A model generated the notes under the pieces. That model was given only the letters and a program-made list of their open reading frames with translations, was not told the origin of the DNA and did no database searches. From positions 540,001 through 572,000 of the forward strand of contig NC_006512.1 in the NCBI RefSeq assembly GCF_000008465.1: 32,000 bases of DNA. The letters run 5' to 3'. Below are positions 26,156 to 32,000 of this stretch, one piece after another. A program made the position numbers and the translations under genes. The stretch comes from Idiomarina loihiensis L2TR (GTDB taxonomy: Bacteria > Pseudomonadota > Gammaproteobacteria > Enterobacterales > Alteromonadaceae). Numbering within the stretch: position 1 is the first letter of the stretch; the number at the start of each line of letters is the position of its first letter.

Positions 26156-27769
26156 ATGAAAAGAGATTATGAGCACTTAGAGGCGAACTTATCGTGTTTG
26201 GTTAGCCGCTATTCGGAAGATCCAGAGCAGGCTAAACAAGTATTTTCGTCACTTTTTCACGAGTTTCTAACCGGCGAAATTGGCAAACAGCTTAAGCACA
26301 GCTTAAAGGAAAGGTATGAATCGATAACTCCCCCCTCTGACGAGGCGAGCAAACTTTTTAACGTGCTGAGTAAAAAATCAGACGAGAAGCTTATTGAGCT
26401 AATGTCAGAGCTTTCAGCTGCTGAAAGAGGACGGGAATATGGAGAGCTTGGTTTAACGCATTTGTCTGCTCAGTTACGTCGCCCACTTGTGCTGCATTTA
26501 TGTGATGCACTATTTAAACCAGAAAACTCAAAGCTGTTAGATGAACTCGTTAATTACCTTATCCAGTCAGGTATGCGAAGCCTTGACTCGAATATGGCGC
26601 TGAGATGGGAGTGGACGGAAGAGCTCAATGACAGAGCAAAGGAGTTTTTAGCTAAGTTACAACTTGCTGTAGCAAAAGACGGCGTTCCCGATTTAGATAT
26701 GAATAAGGAAGGGCCCGTCATGATCTGTGGTCCAACGGGTTCAGGTAAAACGTTAATTGCAAAGCTGCTGGCCGACTCACTCTTTGAGAGCAAGCTTATC
26801 AGTCTTAATATTGCGGCAGTAACCGACAGCGTCCTGGAAAGCCGAATTCGGGGGCATACGAAAGGAGCGTTTACTGGTGCCAGCCAACAAGTAAAACCAA
26901 TATTCGCGAGTGCCCATAACGGCGTCCTGGTGTTTGACGAGCTTCAGTCTGCTTCCCGGCAATCACAGACTCAGTTATTAGACTTGTTGCACTCAATAAG
27001 CGATAAGGTTCAAGTCGCTCCTATGGGGAGCCACGAGTCGAGTTTATATCAGGTCAGGACATTGTTTCTGGTCAATGAGCCGTTAAATGAGTTATTAAAC
27101 AGTAATGAACTTCGCCTGGACTTTCTCCATCGTATGCGGCAAATCGTTACATTCCCGAGTTTGCATGAGCGTTTAAACCAAAAAACGAAAAACTTAAAAC
27201 TGCTGCCGGCACTCATTTCATTAATGAAGCTTTCGTTCATATTAAATTATTCGTCTGATGGCCACTTCTCCGATATATCGCGTGCACAGCTGTTCGACAT
27301 TATCTGGAACCTGAAGCTGGAAGATGAAGCCGAGGCACAACTTCGTCATTATTCCTGGCCTGGCAACCTACGTGAATTTGAGCGGTTATTTACCGACTTG
27401 TTTCATGAGCAACTTCTGCTTGATCGTAAAAGCAATACAATAAAATTGATTAAAAGAAGTTTCTTCCGAGATTTTGCCTTAGCCACCGAACAGCGGCAGG
27501 CTGAAGCAAAAGGGTTAGGAGATGAAAACAGACTGAGTGAAGCCGAAAGCTCTGACTTAAATGAAGTTGAGCAATTAAAAGTAAAATTAGTGTCAGATGC
27601 ATTAAGAGAAAACAACTTTGTGCTGAAGGATACCTACGAAGCATTAAAGAACTATGATGTCGGTTTGGGTCACCATAAAGCACTGAAACTGTTCCTGCTA
27701 GGTTATACAGCGCATTTTCCGGAAGGCATACGACACTGGATTAATGAGAAGCATGTTCAGAACGCGTAA
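26156..27769 (+). CDS. Sigma-54-dependent enhancer-binding-protein-like AAA+ ATPase with an unassigned N-terminal domain
   Basis: Walker A GPTGSGKT, an exact GAFTGA loop (RGHTKGAFTGAS; nt 26864-26881), Walker B VLVFDEL and SWPGNLREFE are present. The C-terminal ~60 aa is helical and could be a Fis-type HTH. The first ~185 aa is helical with no receiver/PAS/GAF/CARF signature that I can see. Confidence 0.8.
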   Translation: MKRDYEHLEANLSCLVSRYSEDPEQAKQVFSSLFHEFLTGEIGKQLKHSLKERYESITPPSDEASKLFNVLSKKSDEKLIELMSELSAAERGREYGELGLTHLSAQLRRPLVLHLCDALFKPENSKLLDELVNYLIQSGMRSLDSNMALRWEWTEELNDRAKEFLAKLQLAVAKDGVPDLDMNKEGPVMICGPTGSGKTLIAKLLADSLFESKLISLNIAAVTDSVLESRIRGHTKGAFTGASQQVKPIFASAHNGVLVFDELQSASRQSQTQLLDLLHSISDKVQVAPMGSHESSLYQVRTLFLVNEPLNELLNSNELRLDFLHRMRQIVTFPSLHERLNQKTKNLKLLPALISLMKLSFILNYSSDGHFSDISRAQLFDIIWNLKLEDEAEAQLRHYSWPGNLREFERLFTDLFHEQLLLDRKSNTIKLIKRSFFRDFALATEQRQAEAKGLGDENRLSEAESSDLNEVEQLKVKLVSDALRENNFVLKDTYEALKNYDVGLGHHKALKLFLLGYTAHFPEGIRHWINEKHVQNA

Positions 27770-27770
27770 T

Positions 27771-27826
27771 GTAGCCTGACACTTGTGTCAGGTGAGACAC
27801 CGGCCCTGACACAAGTGTCAGGCTAC
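27771..27826. repeat. REPIN-like element (subfamily CCTGACACTTGTGTCAGG); marks the right edge of the accessory island
   Basis: gtagcctgacacttgtgtcagg + tgagacaccggc + cctgacacaagtgtcaggctac, with perfect inverted arms. Confidence 0.85.
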
Positions 27827-28007
27827 GCCACCCAACGCGCCCCCCAACCAACGGAACCAACCGCTCAAAATATCGTCAAAAAGTTGCAACAAAGCCTTTG
27901 TAGGGCAAGGGCTGCATGCGGTATCATACGCGCTTGATCTAAATTTAGTAACGCGCAAAATACAAAAAAATAACAGCACCATCGGTCTATGGGAGCCGCA
28001 CCCTATG

Positions 28008-28019
28008 GGCGGTAGCGTG
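28008..28019 (+). promoter_or_regulatory. ops element (RfaH recruitment site) within a JUMPStart-like leader
   Basis: GGCGGTAGCGTG is an exact match to the ops consensus GGCGGTAGnnTG, 30 nt upstream of the ugd ATG. CTATGGG direct repeats are at 27987 and 28003. Confidence 0.75.
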
Positions 28020-28048
28020 CCCAACCGTTGTAGCCAGGGTTAAAACGA

Positions 28049-29215
28049 ATGAAAATTGCAGTAGCAGGTACAGGATACGTAGGTTTATCAAATGCGGTTC
28101 TCTTTGCACAACATAATCAGGTTACCGCAGTCGACATAGACCAAGAAAAAGTAGAAAAAATAAATAAAAAACAATCACCTATAGTCGACAAAGAAATTCA
28201 GCATTTTTTACAGGAAAAGCCCCTGAACCTCAGCGCCACCACCGACGCGCACGCGGCATACAAAAACGCCGACTTTGTGGTTATTGCCACCCCCACCGAC
28301 TACGACCCGCAAACCAATTACTTCAACACCAAAACCGTTGAAAGCGTTATAAGCCAGGTAATAGAAGCCAACCCAAATGCCGTTATGGTTATTAAGTCGA
28401 CCATTCCGGTAGGGTATACACAGTCGCTAAAAGAAAAGTTTGGTACCAACAACATTCTGTTTTCACCAGAATTTCTGCGTGAAGGCAAAGCCTTGTACGA
28501 CAACCTGCACCCGTCACGCATTATTGTCGGCGAACGTTCAGAGCGCTCTGAAACTTTCGCAAACCTGCTAAAGCAGGGCGCCGAAAAGCAAAATATAGAC
28601 ACCCTGTTTACCGATAGCACCGAAGCCGAAGCCATTAAGCTGTTTGCCAATACCTATTTAGCCATGCGTGTTGCCTACTTTAATGAGCTAGACACCTACG
28701 CAGAAGTGCACGGTTTAGACACCAAACAAATTATTGAAGGCGTCTGCTTAGACCCGCGCATAGGTTCGCATTACAACAACCCCAGCTTTGGTTACGGCGG
28801 CTATTGCCTGCCAAAAGACACCAAGCAGCTTCTCGCCAACTACGATAACGTGCCACAAACCCTAATTAAATCGATTGTGGACGCCAACCGTACCCGTAAA
28901 GACTTTATTGCCGACCAAATTATTGCCAAACAACCCAAGGTAGTGGGCGTGTACCGCCTGGTGATGAAGTCGGGCTCAGACAACTTTCGGGCGTCGGCCA
29001 TACAGGGCATTATGAAGCGCATTAAAGCTAAAGGCATAGAAGTGGTAGTGTACGAACCAGAGTTAAAAGAGGAGCGCTTCTATAACTCGCGGGTTATTAA
29101 TAACCTGACAGAATTTAAAGCCGTGTCGGAAATTATACTCAGTAACCGGCTGGCCGATGACTTAAAAGACGTGCAAGAAAAAGTGTATACGCGCGACTTG
29201 TTTAACAACGACTAA
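28049..29215 (+). CDS. ugd: UDP-glucose 6-dehydrogenase
   Basis: N-terminal Rossmann motif [16 protein letters not shown], catalytic GGYCLPKD motif, 388 aa. Confidence 0.95.
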   Translation: MKIAVAGTGYVGLSNAVLFAQHNQVTAVDIDQEKVEKINKKQSPIVDKEIQHFLQEKPLNLSATTDAHAAYKNADFVVIATPTDYDPQTNYFNTKTVESVISQVIEANPNAVMVIKSTIPVGYTQSLKEKFGTNNILFSPEFLREGKALYDNLHPSRIIVGERSERSETFANLLKQGAEKQNIDTLFTDSTEAEAIKLFANTYLAMRVAYFNELDTYAEVHGLDTKQIIEGVCLDPRIGSHYNNPSFGYGGYCLPKDTKQLLANYDNVPQTLIKSIVDANRTRKDFIADQIIAKQPKVVGVYRLVMKSGSDNFRASAIQGIMKRIKAKGIEVVVYEPELKEERFYNSRVINNLTEFKAVSEIILSNRLADDLKDVQEKVYTRDLFNND

Positions 29216-29230
29216 CTTATAAGAAAAGCC

Positions 29231-30241
29231 ATGACACAAGAAAACCAGCAAAACCCAAATAACCAACCGCCAGCGCCATACGGGCCCGGGCAATACCCAC
29301 CCAACTATTATAATGGCCCATACCCGCAAGACGATGAAATAGACCTGCGCGAGCTGTTTGGCATTATATGGGACGGTAAATGGATTATTATTGCCATTAC
29401 CTTTGTATTCGCAGTGGGCTCGGTTATTTACTCGTTAAGTTTACCCAATATTTATAAAGCCGAAGCGACTCTAGCACCTACTGAAGAAGCTCAAGGCCAA
29501 GGGCTGGGCGGTGAACTGGGAGGTTTAGCGAACTTAGCCGGTATTAGCGTAGGTTCCGGAAAAGTCGACAAAGTGACCATGGCGATGGAAATATTACAAT
29601 CTCGTCAGTTTATTAAAAATTTTGTGCAAAAGCATAATATTCTGCCAGAAATCATGGCGGTTAAAGAGTGGAATGAATCAAGTGGTGAGTTAGTTTTTAA
29701 TGAGGAAGTCTACAACCCTAATGCAAACAAATGGGTTAGAAAGACTGAGTCATCTAAGCAACCAGCACCTACTAGCTGGGTATACGTAAATGTTTTCAAA
29801 AATGGGCTGCTAGTAGAAAAAGATGAGGAAACCCCAGGCTTAGTAAATTTATCGGTGAGTCACCGGTCGCCGATTATAGCGCATCGCTGGGCCGAATGGT
29901 TAATTCAAGACATTAACGACCATATGCGTCAGCGTGATATTAAAGAGGCGCAAAGTAGTATGGAATACCTGCAAAACGAGTTAGGCGAAACCAATTTAAG
30001 CAGTATGCAGCAGGTTTTCTATCAGCTTATTGAAAAGCAAATACAAACCATTATGTTGGCGAATGTAAGGCCGGAGTATGTATTTCAAGTATTAGATCCG
30101 GCTGTAGTACCGGAACAGAAAAGTGCGCCGTCGCGCGCCTTAATTTGTATTGTTGGTACATTCTTAGGCGGCTTCTTATCGCTATTAGTTGTATTTATTC
30201 GTCACTTAATTCGCTCAAGCAAAAGTAAAGCTGATTCTTAA
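29231..30241 (+). CDS. Wzz-family polysaccharide chain-length determinant (PCP-1 type) with a low-complexity N-terminal extension
   Basis: DDEIDLRELFGIIWDGKWIIIAITFVFAVGSVIYSL..YKAEATLAP is a typical Wzz N-terminus with TM1. The C-terminal TM2 is preceded by a Pro-containing segment (PEQKSAPSRALICIVGTFLGGFL). Confidence 0.8.
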   Translation: MTQENQQNPNNQPPAPYGPGQYPPNYYNGPYPQDDEIDLRELFGIIWDGKWIIIAITFVFAVGSVIYSLSLPNIYKAEATLAPTEEAQGQGLGGELGGLANLAGISVGSGKVDKVTMAMEILQSRQFIKNFVQKHNILPEIMAVKEWNESSGELVFNEEVYNPNANKWVRKTESSKQPAPTSWVYVNVFKNGLLVEKDEETPGLVNLSVSHRSPIIAHRWAEWLIQDINDHMRQRDIKEAQSSMEYLQNELGETNLSSMQQVFYQLIEKQIQTIMLANVRPEYVFQVLDPAVVPEQKSAPSRALICIVGTFLGGFLSLLVVFIRHLIRSSKSKADS

Positions 30242-30242
30242 A

Positions 30243-30268
30243 GTAGCCTGATGCTATCGCGTCAGGTG
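30243..30268. repeat. Single divergent GTAG-type REP unit
   Basis: gtagcctgatgctatcgcgtcaggtg sits immediately after the wzz stop. It has the GTAGCCTGA...TCAGG architecture. Confidence 0.5.
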
Positions 30269-30305
30269 CTATCCTTCTATTTAAAAAAAGCAGTTATTAA
30301 AAACC

Positions 30306-32000
30306 ATGTTCAAACGCCTAAAAGCATTATTTAAATTATTAACCCCAGAGCAACGAAAGCGCTTAATAGGCTTACAGTTTTTAGTGGTGTTAATGGCTTT
30401 TGCAGAAGTTGCAGGTGTTGCGGCAATCGGGCCGTTTATGGCTTTGGTGGGTGACATAAGTCTGTTGCAAGGCGAAGGTAAACTTGCTCAACTATATACT
30501 GTAAGCGGTTTTGAAAACCCCGAAGACTTTCTTTTCTGGCTGGGAATTGCCGTATTAATAGCACTGTCTGGCGCGGCAGCGGTTTCAATGTTCACCACTT
30601 GGCGGCTGTCCTTATACGCTGCTCAGGTAGGGGCTGAAATATCAACTCGTTTATATAAGCATTATATGCAGCAGTCTTGGCTCTTTCATGCTAGTGGCAG
30701 TAGCAGTCAATTAACAAATCGTATAGCCCAGGAAGCTGGCCGTGTAACGAATGTGGTCATTCAACCACTAATGCAAATGAACGCTAAAGGTGTTTTGGCA
30801 TTAGTTATGGCAACAGCTATTTTTATTTTTAATCCGACAGTAGCTTTAGCCGGGCTCTTAATATTCGGGTTGGCATATGTTGCACTGTATAAAACAGTAC
30901 GTAAACAATTAGGTAAGAATGGACGCGCTATATCTGAAGCAAATCAGCAACGCTTCAAACTAATGAACGAAGGTTTTGGTGGTATTAAAGACACGCTATT
31001 ATTAGGTCGGCAAGCTGAGTTTAATGAACGCTTTGAAAAATCTAGTCATAAGTTAGGTCGAGCACAAGGGGTTACAAGGGGGCTTGCACAAGTACCACGC
31101 TATGCAATGGAGCTTATAGCATTCGGTGCAGTTATATTTTTAGTACTGTATTTGTTATCCGCTTATGACGGTAACCTTGGGAATATTTTACCAGTTCTAT
31201 CGGTGTATGCCTTGGCTGGTTTTAAGCTGCTTCCAGCCTTTCAGCAAATGTACACGAGCTTGGCGCAAGTAAAAGGAAATATAGCGTCGTTTGATAGTAT
31301 TGAAGAAGATTTAACTGCAAGCCAGGAAATTGAAGATATAAAGCCAGCGTCTAGCGCTGGTAAGCTCTCTCCGAAAAAGCTGATAAAGCTTGATAACATC
31401 AGTTTCGGCTATCCGGACAAAGAAGAAAAAGCATTAGTTGAATTTACTCTAGATATTCCGGTAAACCAAGTGATTGGTTTGGTCGGTGCTTCTGGTTCTG
31501 GTAAGTCAACCGCTATAGATGTGCTTTTGGGCTTAATAGAGCCTCAGAGTGGTTCTTTAATAGTGGACGGAGAAGAAATTAAAGGCGGGAAGAAGAGAGC
31601 GTGGCAAAACAATGTGGGCTTCGTACCTCAGGCTATATTCTTAGCCGACTCTAGTATTAGAGAGAATATTGCTTTCGGAATACCTCCAGAAGAAATTGAC
31701 GAGAGCCGCGTAACTAGCGCTGTTAAAATGGCTCATTTAGATGAATTGCTTAAGCGCTTACCCGAAGGTTTGAGTACACGAGTCGGCGAACGTGGTATTC
31801 AGCTTTCGGGCGGTCAAAGACAAAGAATAGGCATTGCGCGTGCGTTATATGACGACGCAGAAGTTTTAGTTCTGGACGAGGCGACCAGCGCCCTTGACGG
31901 TATTACTGAAAAGCTGGTTATGGATGCTATTCACGACTTTTCAGGTAAGAAGACGATTATTATGATTGCGCATCGATTAACAACGGTTAAGCAGTGCGAT
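30306..32000 (+). CDS. Fused TMD-NBD ABC exporter (MsbA/PglK-like), 3'-truncated by the window end
   Basis: Not in the ORF track because there is no stop in the window. My translation from ATG 30306 stays open for 565 codons. It shows Walker A GASGSGKST, signature LSGGQRQRIGIARAL, Walker B VLVLDEATSALD and H-loop IAHRL. Confidence 0.85.
   Translation, partial: MFKRLKALFKLLTPEQRKRLIGLQFLVVLMAFAEVAGVAAIGPFMALVGDISLLQGEGKLAQLYTVSGFENPEDFLFWLGIAVLIALSGAAAVSMFTTWRLSLYAAQVGAEISTRLYKHYMQQSWLFHASGSSSQLTNRIAQEAGRVTNVVIQPLMQMNAKGVLALVMATAIFIFNPTVALAGLLIFGLAYVALYKTVRKQLGKNGRAISEANQQRFKLMNEGFGGIKDTLLLGRQAEFNERFEKSSHKLGRAQGVTRGLAQVPRYAMELIAFGAVIFLVLYLLSAYDGNLGNILPVLSVYALAGFKLLPAFQQMYTSLAQVKGNIASFDSIEEDLTASQEIEDIKPASSAGKLSPKKLIKLDNISFGYPDKEEKALVEFTLDIPVNQVIGLVGASGSGKSTAIDVLLGLIEPQSGSLIVDGEEIKGGKKRAWQNNVGFVPQAIFLADSSIRENIAFGIPPEEIDESRVTSAVKMAHLDELLKRLPEGLSTRVGERGIQLSGGQRQRIGIARALYDDAEVLVLDEATSALDGITEKLVMDAIHDFSGKKTIIMIAHRLTTVKQCD

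Noticed and set aside
13832-27826. Island as a prophage, ICE or integron
   Set aside because: No integrase, excisionase, capsid/tail, conjugation or attC/intI features are visible in the window. No flanking tRNA or direct-repeat att sites were found.
27818-28024. 68-aa minus-strand ORF in the ugd upstream region
   Set aside because: It starts inside the JUMPStart/ops leader and ends inside the REPIN, has no RBS, and has a Pro/Gly/Cys-rich nonsense-like composition. It is most likely non-coding.

Overview
This looks like a gammaproteobacterial chromosomal window. Gene content and REP type suggest a marine Alteromonadales-like organism, but that is inference and unverifiable here.

Layout:
(i) 1-4.3 kb: ordinary genes, namely the tail of an etfA-like gene, a DUF1302-type outer-membrane protein and a secreted S9 peptidase.
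(ii) 4.4-8.3 kb: a tightly overlapped neuA-neuB-neuC plus sialyltransferase-like operon.
(iii) ung.
(iv) 9.0-13.8 kb: a LysR regulator divergent from a dabB-dabA (DAB inorganic-carbon pump) operon, with a third ATGA-coupled small ORF.
(v) 13.8-27.8 kb: a mosaic accessory island that looks AT-richer by eye (GC not computed). GTAG-type REP/REPIN palindromes bound and punctuate it, and no integrase or transposase is in view. It holds:
- a decayed hipBA module;
- an AAA_14/DUF4143-type ATPase with a PD-(D/E)xK-like tail;
- a minus-strand three-gene operon (61-aa protein, multi-TM protein, beta-CASP MBL nuclease);
- a Fic protein with an internal inhibitory motif;
- a 7.3-kb GTPase module.
The GTPase module has four genes: a TerB-like/dynamin-like GTPase translationally coupled to a second dynamin-like GTPase; a convergent YaaW-like/GTPase fusion behind a consensus sigma-54 promoter; and a divergent GAFTGA-containing enhancer-binding-protein-like AAA+ ATPase whose N-terminal domain I cannot assign.
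(vi) 27.8-32 kb: an ops/JUMPStart-led ugd-wzz-ABC exporter polysaccharide operon that runs off the window.

The most notable unexplained signals are two. First, exactly phased 22-bp TTTCAATNNGNCG repeat arrays sit at three module junctions. Second, the sigma-54/EBP-wired multi-GTPase module is my best candidate for an undescribed membrane-stress or anti-phage system. I saw no rRNA, tRNA or CRISPR array.
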